Of a DNA stretch of 64,000 nucleotides, positions 37,312 to 49,290 are shown one piece after another. Both the position numbers and the translations under genes were made by a program. The notes under the pieces were generated by a model, which was not told where the DNA came from, did no database searches, and saw only the letters and a program-made list of their open reading frames with translations. Numbering within the stretch: position 1 is the first letter of the stretch; the number at the start of each line of letters is the position of its first letter. The DNA comes from Octopus sinensis. Lineage: Eukaryota. The stretch spans positions 112,716,001-112,780,000 of the forward strand of contig NC_042997.1 of assembly GCF_006345805.1 (NCBI RefSeq). The letters run 5' to 3'.

Positions 37312-37480
37312 TTACTTGTCCTCCGTATTGTTGTTGCTGCTGGGTTTCACCTTGCCGGCAGCTGCGGCTGCTGTGCTCGTTACATCGACATCGTTACTTT
37401 CGATATCACGAACTGATGTGACTGGAGTCATACAATAGAAACATTCCTTCTTGTTCATCATCTGATAAGTGATGCAGTTT
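37312..37480 (-). CDS. RNF123: RNF123-like E3 ligase, last coding exon (NCITYQMMNKKECFYC...TEDK*)
   Basis: ctttcag acceptor; completes the C3HC4 RING (cf. ACINQHLMNNKDCFFC); TAA at 37314-37312. Confidence 0.9.
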
Positions 37481-39470
37481 CTGAAAGGGACACAATAACT
37501 CAGATTGAATGGATAAGACGAATCGAAATTAAAAGATTAATGGAGGACAACATTTATGGTGGTGGTGATAATGGTAATTCATTCCAGAGGGAGAAAGCTG
37601 ACAACTTGTAGAATCTTTGAAGATGTAAATCTGTTGGGTTTCATTGCATTGACACATGTAGCATCTGTCATTGCTCTGCTGCTCACACATCATTGTTTAA
37701 CATCCATTTTCCATGCTAGCATGGGTTGGACGGTTCGACCAGGGTCTGGGAAGCCAGGAGGCTGCACCAGGCTCCAGTCTGATCTGGCAGTGTTTCTACA
37801 GCTGGATGCCCTTCCTAATGCCAACCACTCCGAGAGTGTAGTGGGTGCTCTTTACATGCCACCAGCACAGGTGCCAGGGGAGGCTGGCAAATGGACATGA
37901 TCGGTTGGTGCTTTTTATGTGCCATCGGCATGGAAGCCAGTCAAGGCGGCGCTGGCATTGACCACGTATGGGTGCTGTATTTTATGTGCCACTGGCACAG
38001 GTATCAGAACTACAATTCCATTTGATTTTTTGATGTTGTACTCAAACATACAAATGAAGTCCTGACTTCAAACATGAGATGACTTGAAGACAGAGATTCA
38101 TCAGCTTATTCTGTGTTGTTAACTCAAAAATCGTTTGTTTATTTGTGGAGGGACAAAGGAAAAGTGGTTGGGGGTGTCTGGATTTGGTGGGGGATTTGTG
38201 GTATGCGTAGATAGAAGAGAAGGGAGGGGGTGAGGTCAGAAGTGAATATGACAGATTTGGCTGCAAGAATAGTGTTTTGTGAAGAATCGTGGGAAAAGAA
38301 CCAACAGAGAAGGAGATTTAAGGAAGTTGGAGATGATTGAACAAGGAAGGGAAATGTATGACTTTGTTTAGACACATAACTGCCTGATTGGCCCCCTCCG
38401 TGCCAGTGGCACATAAAAAGCACCATCTGAATGTGGCTGATGCCAGGCCTGCCTGACTGGCTCCCGTGCTGGTGGCATGTAAAAAGCATTATCTGAACGT
38501 GATCGATGCTAAGCCTGCATGACTGGCTCCTGGGCCAGTGGCATGTAAAAAGCACCCACTACACTCTCGAAGTGGTTGGTGTTGGGAAGGGCACCCAGCT
38601 CTAGAAACACTGCCAGATCAAATTGGAGCCTGGTGCAGCCCCTGGCACTCCAGACCTCAGTCAAACCATCCAACCCATGACAGCATGGAAAACAGATGTT
38701 AAACGATGATGATGATGATGATGACAGTTGGCAGCTTCAAAACTCATGTCTTCCATGCTGGCATGGGTTGGACGGTTTGACAGGATTTTATAGGTCCAAG
38801 GACTGCATCCCACTGCTGTGTCTGCTTTCTCACATGGTTCCTATTGCTCGAGGTTGTTCCTTATGTCAACCACCTTACAGTACTTTCCTTCATCGTGTTA
38901 GCACTAGCAAAGTAGCCATGCAGCCTGTAGGACCAAGATCCTCTTCAACTGGGTGGGGTTACAGCAGAGAGGGGAGTGGGAATTGTGTTAGGGAATCAGG
39001 AGTTAAAGTATGGAGAAGGGGATAGAAGGGTACAGGTTGAGGAGTTACATGGTTAGTCATCTTAGAGAAGAGATGGTTGGAGTGATCATGCGGGACTGAC
39101 CAGGGTAGAGCTGGAAAGAGATATAAATAGTAATGATGAAGTGTCAGGGTACAGCCTCAAAGTGCAAGGCGAATAGGAGTAGGGAATGTGGGTGAGTAGG
39201 GAATGTGGGTGAGTAGGGTTTGCAAAGCATTTGAAAGAGAGAGGGGGGGTTAAAATGGGGAACAAGTGATCAGGGTGAATATAATGAAGAACAAGCGTTA
39301 GGGGATGTATCTTTAAATCTTTAGCTTTTAACTCATATTATTGAAGCAGAAACATGATACAACTAATCGACTAGTGCAACATGTTGGAGGCTAAAGTGTT
39401 GCAGGTTTTTAAAATATATCAAGATTATAAAATTCATTCAAAAACAAATCATTAAAACATTTGTTAAAAA

Positions 39471-39842
39471 CAGTTCTATATTTAAGAGATGAGGAATTAT
39501 TTACATTATTTACATTTGACAGATATTTGTCCTCATCTTGTTTCTTGTTAACACAACATTTCAGCTGATACACCCTCCAGCCTCCATCAGGTGTCATGGG
39601 GAAATTTCAAACCTGGGTTCTCATTTATAAGGTGGTCGTCGTCAGCGTCGGCGTCATCATCATCATCATTATTATTATTCAGATCACTGCCAGGAATCGA
39701 ACTCGGAATCTAGAGGTTAGTAGCGCATGCTCTTAACCACTACACCATATGCCCAAGATACTTAATGAAGGCTGGAGAGTATATCAGCTGAAATGTTGTG
39801 TTAACAACAAACAAGATGAGGACAAATATCCGTCAAATGTAA
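39471..39842. mobile_element. Palindromic tRNA-headed hammerhead element, copy 4 (right arm internally deleted)
   Basis: 12-bp TSD atttgttaaaaa (39459-39470 and 39843-39854). Confidence 0.85.
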
Positions 39843-39894
39843 ATTTGTTAAAAACATTTAAAACACTGAATCAGAAACAGAATAAATTTCTTAC

Positions 39895-39980
39895 CGGCAT
39901 GACTTGTGACCACAAGGATCAAATATAACAGAGATGGGATTTGCATAGCAAATAGCACATACGTCTTCATCTTTTAAAGA
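39895..39980 (-). CDS. RNF123: RNF123-like exon, RING start ([29 protein letters not shown])
   Basis: ttttcag acceptor and gtaaga donor; matches [25 protein letters not shown]. Confidence 0.95.
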
Positions 39981-40044
39981 CTGAAAATAAAGGAGTTCAA
40001 TTAAAAACATGAACACAACATCCATCTATCTATGTCTATATAGA

Positions 40045-40710
40045 AATAATTACAGGGGATATCAAATTATTGGATCAGGTGATGAAAGTTACAGAGGGGG
40101 TCATAGCCCCACAAATTAGGGAGAGTGTTAGCCTAGATGAGATGCAGTTTGGCTTTGTGCCAGGTAGATGCTATATTTCTGGTAAGGCAACTGCAGGAGA
40201 AATATCTAGCCAAAAATAAACCTCTGTACTTGGCTTTTATTGACTTGGAGAAAGCCTTGACAGGGTCTTCTGATCCCTTATCTGGTGGGCGATGCAGAAA
40301 CTGGGGATAGATGAGTGGTTGGTAAGAGCTGCACAAGCCCTGTATGCTGTAAGTAAGGTGAGGGTTGGCAACGAGTATAGTGAAGAATTCCAGGCAGAAG
40401 AAGGGGTTTACCAAGGATCAGTCCTCAGCTCCCACTTATTCATCATAGTCCTCCAGGTAATAATAGAGGAATTCAAGACAGGCTGCCCCTGGGAGCTCCT
40501 CTATGCTGATGACCTTGCTCTAAAAGCTGAGTCACTGCCAGAACTGGACGAAGTTTAGGGTGTGGAAGCAAGGTCTAAAATTGAAAGGCCTTAGGGTTAA
40601 CCTAGCAAAAACCAAAGTCTTAGTAAGTAGGAAGGCTCTCCAGACCTCAGTCAAACCGTCCAACACATGCAGCATGGAAAACATACATTAAACAATGATG
40701 GTGATGATTA
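40045..40710 (+). mobile_element. RTE-clade LINE fragment (RT piece fused directly to the 3' end)
   Basis: MQFGFVPG, DLEKA, QGSVLS.HLF and ELLYADDL motifs; fused after gtaggaagg to ctccagacctcagtcaaaccgtcc..(gat)n. Confidence 0.85.
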
Positions 40711-41122
40711 TTGTATCTATCCCTTTATCTATCATGGTATCAACCATCACTGATCACAATGTGCTTTGCATTGTTTTAGCTTTCCAATGATACTACCCTG
40801 CTGGCTCGGTGAGCAGGTCAACATCTCTCTGATCTGAGGGCTGTTCTGTTGTAGGGTGACCCATTTACAGTTGAGCGGACTGGAACGACATGAAATGAAG
40901 TGTTTCACTCAAGAACACAAATCCACTCACAAGGCTTTGATTGTCCTGGGGCTCTAGTTGAAGACACTTGCCCAAGGAGCCATGCAATGAGACAGAACAC
41001 AGAAGCATGCAGTTGGGAAGAAAACTTCTTACCACACAGCCACGCCTGTAAACTGACGATGTTTTACTAAGAAAAATTAACTTCAGTTACGTTTAATTGA
41101 ATTAAATAATTAGCATATTTAC

Positions 41123-41214
41123 CTTCTGTTGTTTTGACTTATTGTCAATCTCATTTTGTAGATATTCTATCAAGTCTTCAACCTGTTTGATTTCTTCACT
41201 GTTTACTTGGCTGA
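41123..41214 (-). CDS. RNF123: RNF123-like exon (SQVNSEEIKQVEDLIEYLQNEIDNKSKQQK)
   Basis: ttatcag acceptor and gtaaat donor; phases fit both neighbours; resembles YISADELAQVEQML. Confidence 0.85.
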
Positions 41215-41399
41215 CTGATAAAACAACAACAACAACAAAACCAATGAGCTTTCATCAGATGATATCTTGTGACAAAAGGATGAAACATGTCTGAACACCA
41301 GAAGGGTTTCACTCAAGGGTTCATGGATTTTAAGTGAAGATTACAAAACCACAAACTGGAAGAACCTGCTTGTATGTGTGTGGGGCATTTAGGTATATG

Positions 41400-41627
41400 G
41401 CGGTGAGCTGGCAGAATCATTAGCATGCCGGGCGAAATGCCTAGTGGTATTTCATCTGCCGTTACGTTCTGAGTTCAAATTCCGCCAAGGTCGACTTTGC
41501 CTTTCATCCATTCGGGGTCGATAAATTAAGTACCAGTTACGCACTGGGGTCGATGTAATCGACTTAATCCACGTGTCTGTCCTTGTTTATCCCCTCTGTG
41601 TTTAGCCCCTTGTGGGTAGTAAAGAAA
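41400..41627 (+). mobile_element. tRNA-derived SINE, family A (long tail)
   Basis: 10-bp TSD taggtatatg; many CpGs retained, suggesting a young copy. Confidence 0.9.
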
Positions 41628-42406
41628 TAGGTATATGTGGGGTGAAGGCATGTGGCTTAGGTGTTAGAGATATTTGGATCATGATCCGAAGGTTGTGAGT
41701 TCAATACCCGGCAGCATGCTGTGTCCTTGAGAGAGAGATGTTTATTTCATGTGGCTCAGTCCACTTGGCTGGCAAAAATGTGTTGTGCCTGTAATTTAAA
41801 GGGGCCAGCATTGTCACATTCTGTGTGAGGCCGAATCTCCCGGAGAACTACAATAAGGGCCCACATGTCTGTGGAGTGTTCTGTACATTAATTTCACAAG
41901 CAGATTGTTCTGCTGATCGGCACAACTGGAACCCTCATCATCATAACTGATGGAGTGTGTGTGTGTGTATAACCGTGTCTTGACATCATGGGATAGTTGT
42001 AAATGAGTGTCACCGTCATACAAGGTGTTGTTCATTTCTGATTTAGCCATGGGAAATATTACTTTGCTTTGAAACAAGTGTGACTCTGTGTCAGTTGAGA
42101 AATTTAAAGTATAGAAGGGACAGATATGGGGGCCTTGCAGTAAACACATGGATACCCCAGATGGAGCAGGAGAGTAAGATAGAAAGAGTGATAATGAGAG
42201 AGAGAGAGAGGTGATGGCGAAGATGTGCCGGGACATGCCCTGTCACCAGTGCCAAAAAGTACTGATATCAAAACAGGCTGAATGTCCAATCAGCCATGCC
42301 ACATCATCAGCTCCCAAACAGCTGTGCCCAATTGTCTCATGCTAACTTTGTATGTGTGTGTGTGTGTGTGTGTAAGCATAAAAAAGAGAAAACAAACAAC
42401 ACCTAC

Positions 42407-42540
42407 TTTCTCTGAGATTAAACTGTTTCTTATAAGTTGTGACATCAATCTCAGCACATTCATCCTGTCCCAGGAGGAAGTTTAAAGAATTTATTTGGAA
42501 CAAGGGTTCGGAGAGAAGTACGTTACAAACACGTGAATCC
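42407..42540 (-). CDS. RNF123: RNF123-like exon (DSRVCNVLLSEPLFQINSLNFLLGQ...KQFNLRE)
   Basis: tgtccag acceptor and gtaggt donor; resembles ATSVLLADPCFQLRSICYLLGQ. Confidence 0.88.
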
Positions 42541-42789
42541 CTGGACAAAAGGAAACAAAAGAGGAGGAGTTATTGTACAAACACAAACAAAACATATCGT
42601 AACAAAAGGTCATTGATTAAATCTTTTATTTAATTATTTCCTTTAAAAACCAACCAATAAATCGTTAATTTACTTTGTTGGGTCTACTTTTCCATGACAG
42701 TCTGTCTTTGATGAGGTGGAGACCACATTTTGCTTGAGATCTCTTTGATTTGATGCTCTTCCCAGCAGCAATCACTTAGAATGTAATAC

Positions 42790-43380
42790 GCTCTTAAATA
42801 TGGTTTCTGATTACAAATATCTTGGGTCATACATATCATTATCTGAAAAAGATTTTCTAATTAGAAAGGGTATGGCCTGGTCAGCCTGTAATGATATGCA
42901 TAAGATCTGGTCATCAAATCTAAGTAGAGATTTCAAACTTAAAATCTTCAAAGCCACAGTCGAACCAATTCTACTATGGCTCAGAAACCTGGACGTTATC
43001 AAAGAAGCTTGAGAGGCGGTTGGATGGAACTTACACTTACCTCCTTATGAGAGCTCAAAATCTCTCATGGAAGCGTCATCCAACCAAAGTACAAATATAT
43101 GGGAAATTACCACCTGTATCATCTCTTGTGAAAGGTAGAAGAGTCCAGTTTGCTGGACATTGTTGTAGAGCTGAAAACGAGGTAATTTCTACTCTTCTTC
43201 TCTGGAAGCCATCTGCTCGTGATACCAGAGGGCGCACACTTTCCTACCCTGATGTAATCTCCAGGGATACAGGCATCCAGTAACAGGACCTCCGTAATGC
43301 TATGATGGACTGTGAAGTCTGGTGTAACATAGTAAATTCCATTGTCTCGACCACGGTTGAACAATGATGATGATGATGAG
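42790..43380 (+). mobile_element. 3' fragment of a second RTE/RTEX-like LINE
   Basis: DYKYLGSYI, KIFKATVEPILL and RRVQFAGHC motifs; ends in (tga)n. Confidence 0.75.
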
Positions 43381-43704
43381 TGCATTTTATTGTGGCACCA
43401 GCATTAGAAGGGTTGTCATGTTTTATATCAAGATTATTTTCTTTTCTTCTTAATAGGCACAGGCGTGGCTGTGTGGTTAAGAAGCTTGCTTCTCAACTGT
43501 GTGGGTTCAGATTCAGTCACACTGTATGACACCATGGGCTGATCCTGGGTCAACCAAAGCCTGTCATATGTATATGTGTGTGTGTGTGTGTGTGTTTGAG
43601 TGGAATCTTGTCTAGATACCACATAATACCTTCTAAATCTTTTGAAAGTTAAGATGATCTTGATGGAGGATAAGCCAATAGCTATAATCCCCTGTAATTC
43701 TTAC

Positions 43705-43795
43705 CTCCGTTCTGGATCTTTTGAAGAAAGAATTAACCGAATTAGTATTCCAACAGTTGCTGCAACAATTGGATAATGAGTGACAACTTCCATTC
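43705..43795 (-). CDS. RNF123: RNF123-like exon (GMEVVTHYPIVAATVGILIRLILSSKDPER)
   Basis: tctgtag acceptor and gtaaga donor; resembles GLESVDHYPILVAVTGILVQLL. Confidence 0.9.
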
Positions 43796-44801
43796 CTACA
43801 GAAGAATATACAAAGATATTCACATTAGCAGGGAGAAATCAATGAGGGGTGAACTTTACAAATATACAGAAATATATATATTAATGGTATTATGTTAAAA
43901 CATAAGCATGTATATAAAGGTATATCAGCACCACGACTAGTAACACAATCTACTCCAATAAATTTCTTATGACCCATGCAGCCATGGAAAAGAGGATATT
44001 AGATGGTGGTGCCACCTGTGTGATACCATGTAAAAGTGCGTGTGCATCATCAGGTAAAGCACTCATGCGGTGCCATGTAAAAGCACTCAGGACACTCTGT
44101 ATAGTGGTTGGCGTTAGGAAGGGTATCCAGCCATAGACACCATGCCATAACAGACAACCGGAGTCTGGTGCAGCCCTCCAGCTTGTCAGCTCCAGTCAAA
44201 CCGTCCAACCCATCCTAGCATGGACTACGTTAAATGATGATGATGAGGAGGATTTTAGTTATCTAAACAAGTAGTGTTATGTACCTTATCCATCCTCATC
44301 AGCATCACCAATTAATATCCATGCTCCATGCTGGCATGGGTTGGAGGGTTTAACAGAATCTTACAAATCCAAGAACTGCATTGAACTCCAATTGTCTGTT
44401 TTGGTAGGGTTTCTATACACTGGGCACCCTTTCCTAACACCAACAACCTCACAGAATGGACTGGGTGTTTTTCTTGTGGCAAAATGGTTCCACATCAACT
44501 TCAAGGTTCAGGGTTAACAATAGAAGGTATTACTTCATAATTAGTTAAATTAGAAGTTTAATAATTAGATTCATTAAACATATTATTAACCCAATGTACT
44601 CTGATACTCTCAACAGCTTGATATTGTATGGAGACTCTTGTAACTTTTCTTTAATTACTTTATAATTTCCTATTTAATCTCTGCAGCAATAGTACAACTA
44701 CTGACCCTTAATCTCTTCAGCTACCATCACTGCAGACTCTTAACCTTTGCAGCTAGCACCATTGTTAGCCCTAAGTCATGATACCTAACACTATTGTTGG
44801 T

Positions 44802-45240
44802 ACATTATTTACATTTGACGGATATTTTCCTCATCTTGTTTGTTGTTAACACAAGATTTTGGCTGATATACCCTCCAGCCTTTATCAGGTGTCTTGGGGA
44901 AATTTCAAACCTGGGTTCTCAATCCTAAGGTATTTTTCGATGTTGTTGTTGTTGTTATTGTTATTATTCAGGTCACTGCCTGGAATTAAACTCAGAATCT
45001 TGGGGTTAGTAGCCAGCGCTCTTAACTACTACGCCATATGCCCATGGGAATAATAATAATAATAATAATAACAACAACAACATCGAAAAATACCTTAGGA
45101 ATGAGAACCCAGGTTCAAGACACCTGGTGAAGGCTGGAGGGTATATCAGCCAAAACGTGTTAACAACAAACAAGATGAGGACAAATATCCGTTAAATGTA
45201 AATAATGTACATAATTCCTCATCTCTTAAATATAGAACTG
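44802..45240. mobile_element. Palindromic tRNA-headed hammerhead element, copy 5 (right arm lacks the head)
   Basis: 12-bp TSD actattgttggt (44790-44801 and 45242-45253). Confidence 0.85.
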
Positions 45241-45295
45241 TACTATTGTTGGTTCCTGTATCTTATAGAATTAAAAATAAAAAGAGATGACAAAC

Positions 45296-45371
45296 CTGGT
45301 AAGGGCAATGAAATCACATTTTCAAACATGCCGTTGCGGGTTGCAATTCTATTTAGTATTTGGCACAACAA
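45296..45371 (-). CDS. RNF123: RNF123-like exon (LLCQILNRIATRNGMFENVISLPLPG)
   Basis: gtttcag acceptor and gtttgt donor; resembles [26 protein letters not shown]. Confidence 0.9.
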
Positions 45372-46605
45372 CTGAAACAGAAATTATCATTATTTACACA
45401 ATTATCAACAATAAATACATGTTGCATTTGTGGCTGAGTAGGTGAGGTGTTACTCAGAATTGCCAGATTGTAGGTTCAATTTCTGGTGGCATGTTGTGTT
45501 TTTGAGCAAAGCACTTTGTTTCAATTCGGTCTGGTGTTATGTAGGGACGAGCACATCAATGAATAGACCCAAATTTCCTCTGTGTGTTATAAATGGTGAC
45601 TAAGAGAGGTTGAGGTAGGATTAGCATTTGAACCTCATAAAACCCTCACCAGCAACAACTACTCAAAACAGACCCCAGGGGAGGAGGGCTGTGGCCTGTG
45701 TGGTGCAAAGGGGTAGAAATCACCAACAAAAGGTGGATTTAGCAACATGCTGTTACAGCACATACATCTATACTACTATTATCACCACCACCACCATGTA
45801 AAAAACACCATTCGAACGTGGTCGATGCCAGTGACCCCTGACTGGCTCCTGTGCCGGTGGCACATATAAAGCACTCATTATACTCTCAGAATGGTTGGCA
45901 TTAGGAAGGGCATCCATCTGTAGAAACCTTGCCAGATCAGATTGGAGCCTGGTGCAGCCACTGGCTCTCCAGATCTCAGTCAAACAATCCAACCCATACC
46001 AGCAAGGAAAACGGATGTTAAACGATGATGAAGATGTAAAGGGTGCAGCAGAAAAACAAAAATCCATCTTACAGCTTGTCAAACATTTTAACAGCAAATG
46101 CACAGTGTGCACCAAAGTCATCATTGTCGCTGTGGTCGTCATCATCTAATGCCTGTTTACCAACGCTGGCATGGGTTGGATGGTTTGACAGGAGCTGGTA
46201 AGGCCAGGTGTCACACCAGGTTCCATTGTTTCTACAGCTGGATGCCATTCTTAGTGCCAACCACCTTACATAGTACACTGGATGCTTTTTACATGGCACC
46301 AACACCAACAGGGTCATCAAGTACCTTGCAAGACAAAACCCCCTCCACTGGGAATGGGGAGTAGTATTGAGGTGGGTGTGGTTTTGTACCAGTTGAGAAA
46401 TTTAAGGCATATAAAAGACAGGACATGGAAGTTAAATAATTCTTTCTCCTGGAAGTACAAGGCCTCAAATTCAGGGGAAGTGATTAAGTCAATTACACCA
46501 ACTCCAGTGTGTAACGGTACTTATTTAATTGACCCCAAAAGGATGAAAAGCAAAGTCGAAATTGGCAGAATTTGGATTCAGAACATAGCGGCAGACGAAA
46601 TACCT

Positions 46606-46836
46606 ATTTCTTTACTACCCACAAGGGGCTAAACACAGAGAGGACAAACAAGGACAGACAAACGGATTAAGTCCATTATATCGACCCCAGTGTGTAACTG
46701 GTACTTATTTAATCAACCCCGAAAGGATGAAAAGCAAAGTCGACCTTGGTGGAATTTGAACTCAGAACGTAACGGCAGACGAAATACCGCTAAGCATTTC
46801 GCCCGGTGTGCTAACGATTCTGCCAGCTCGCTGCCT
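46606..46836 (-). mobile_element. tRNA-derived SINE, family A (long tail), abutting another family A copy
   Basis: Reverse complement of 41400-41627; joins a short-tail copy at about 46435-46605. Confidence 0.85.
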
Positions 46837-46880
46837 TCATGAAAGTTAAATAATAATGATGATAATGATGAAAGACTTAC

Positions 46881-47069
46881 TTGTATTAATCTGGTGAGGA
46901 GAAGTTCACTTGATGACTTTGAATAATCTGTAAAAAATTCCGGTGAAATGGAGACTATCATCTCGACCACACGGAGAAGAGAGATAGTGATTTGAAAGCA
47001 TGTGGCACAAAACTTAAGTTGACGAGTATCTATAAACCATGGCTCAGTTTTGCTGACTACTTGCTGAAT
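46881..47069 (-). CDS. RNF123: RNF123-like exon (IQQVVSKTEPWFIDTRQLKFCATCFQITISLLRVVEM...LLTRLIQ)
   Basis: ttccag acceptor and gtaagt donor; matches IQQ...[26 protein letters not shown]. Confidence 0.95.
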
Positions 47070-47197
47070 CTGGAATGTGAAGAAGGACGAAAAGGTAAAA
47101 ACAAACATTTGATGATAACTCAATCAGACACCACAATAAATAAAAAGGTCCAAGAATATTAAGTAATCATAGTATATATATAAGTGGACTTTGTAAA

Positions 47198-47965
47198 TAA
47201 GAGGTCTGATGAAAAAGTGTTGGGACTGGTGCTATGAAAAGAAATCTACAACACAGATCATCAATTCAGCATTTAATCTCCTTCAAAGTAGTCCCCTTCA
47301 GAAGCCACACACTTAATCCAGTGTTGTTTCCGTTGATGAAAGCATTCTTGGAATTCCAATTTTATAACATTCTCTTCGATTTCCTTAATGTCTTGAAATC
47401 TTGCTGAGGTTTTCCACTATGAAGACTGAGCTTTGGTTTCAGGGTCATAGCCATAGGCCCATGATTTGTCATCTGTTATAACTGTTTTCAAAAAGTTCTC
47501 ATCTTCCTTGATGCAATCAAAGAGATCCTGCACAGCTGAAACCCAATCTCTTTGAGATGACCACACTCTAAACACCAAACTTCCAAGCACTGCCATAAAC
47601 AACAGAAGTGAGCAAGAACGTTATAACTTAGTGGTCATACATGATAAAGTCCAAATGGCTTAACTCTGCCTATTAAATTTGTTATCATAAAAAAAAAAAA
47701 AATGTTCCTTCTCAAGCCATGCCAGACTCATAAGGGCTGGTTTCCCAGTTTCTGTAGCGTAGAAATTTCCCACCCGGATGGGACGCCGGTCCGTTGCAGG
47801 TTTGATCATGTTTGCCAGCTGAGTGAACTGGAGCAACGTGAAATGAAGTGTTTTGCTCATGAACACAATGCATCGCCCGCTCCAGGAATCGAAACCATAA
47901 TCTTACAATCATGAGTTCGCCTTCACCATAGCAACAGTCCTGATACTTTTTGATCAGACCATGTA
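47198..47965 (-). mobile_element. Internally deleted mariner element containing a family E SINE
   Basis: Inverted termini ggtctgat(g/c)aaaaagt..ggactg; FLKTVITDDKSWAYGYDPETKAQSS motif. Confidence 0.8.
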
Positions 47966-48516
47966 AACCCTATTTATTCAGGTATAAGTCACTATTTTGT
48001 ACTCTGTTTTAACTGAGAAAACTAGGGCGTGACTCACCCGCAGGGTAAGGGTAACACTATGAGAAACAAAAGTTGCACTAAGATTTAACACTAAATTAGG
48101 GGCACGACTTACACCTGAGTAATCATGGGAAATAGATCAAGAAAGGAAACAAACAAGAAGAAAATGTCTTTGATTTTTGCTTCATTTCTTTCTTTTTTTT
48201 TTGCATAATATCAAATATGTCTTCCTGTAAGGGTTTGTTAAGATATAATATTCGAAGAATGGAATTGGATGAGAAAAAGAAACAAGAAAAAAATCAAAAA
48301 GTCATACATTGTTATCATTGACATTATTTAATATCCATTTTCTATGCTGGCATGGGTTGGACACTTGATATGGAAAGTGGATGTTAAATGACAACTTTCA
48401 ACTTTCTGTTCTTTTTTCTTGTTTCTTTTCCTCATCCAATTCCATCCTTCATCTCTCAAAAGTTATATCTTAATAAACCCTTACAAAAAGACATTTTTTT
48501 TCGTAAAAAACACATT

Positions 48517-48915
48517 GCGTAGGAGTGGCTATGTGGTAAGTAGCTTGCTTACCAACTACATGGTTCTGGGTTCAGTCCCACTGCGTGGCACCTTGGGCAA
48601 GTGTCTTCTACTATAGTCTCAGGCCGACCAAAGCCTTGTGAGTGGATTTGGTAGACGGAAACTGAAAGAAGCCCATTGTATATATATATATATATATGAG
48701 TGTGTATATGTTTGTGTGTCTGTGTTTGTCCCCCAACCCAACATCGCTTGACAACTGATGCTGGTGTGTTTACGTCCCTGTAACTTAGCGGTTCGGCAAA
48801 AGAGACCGATAGAATAAGTACTAGGCTTACAAAGAATAAGCCCTGGGGTCGATTTGCTCGACTAAAGGCAGTGCTCCAGCATGGCCACAGTCAAATGACT
48901 GAAACAAGTAAAAGG
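48517..48915 (+). mobile_element. tRNA-derived SINE, family B, full length
   Basis: Same head, body and tail as 29326-29725. Confidence 0.88.
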
Positions 48916-48934
48916 GTATATTTTTTTCTTTTAT

Positions 48935-49290
48935 GTCTTAATTGCTTCAGTCATTAGACTGTGGCCATGCTGGGGCACCACCTTGTACTTTTGTTTTGCT
49001 TAAAGCCTGGTACTTACTCTATTGGTGTCTTTTGCCAAACTGCTAAGTTACAGGGACATAAATACACCAACTCTGGTTGTCATGTGAGATGATGGGGAAC
49101 AAACACAAACACTCACGCGTGCACACACATATACACACACAACAGGCTTCTTTTCAGTTTCCGTCTACCAAATCCACTCACAAGGCTTTGGTTGGACCAA
49201 GGCTATAGTAAAAGACAAGGTGTCACACAGCAGGACTGAACCTGGAACCATGTAGTTGGGAAACAGACTTCTCAACCACACAGACATGCC
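48935..49290 (-). mobile_element. tRNA-derived SINE, family B, older copy, tail-to-tail with the previous one
   Basis: Reverse complement of the family B consensus with more substitutions. Confidence 0.8.

Noticed and set aside
42693-42775. Possible extra RNF123 exon ending in a gtaaat donor
   Set aside because: Weak acceptor and a stop codon in the required phase; the flanking exons already join in frame.
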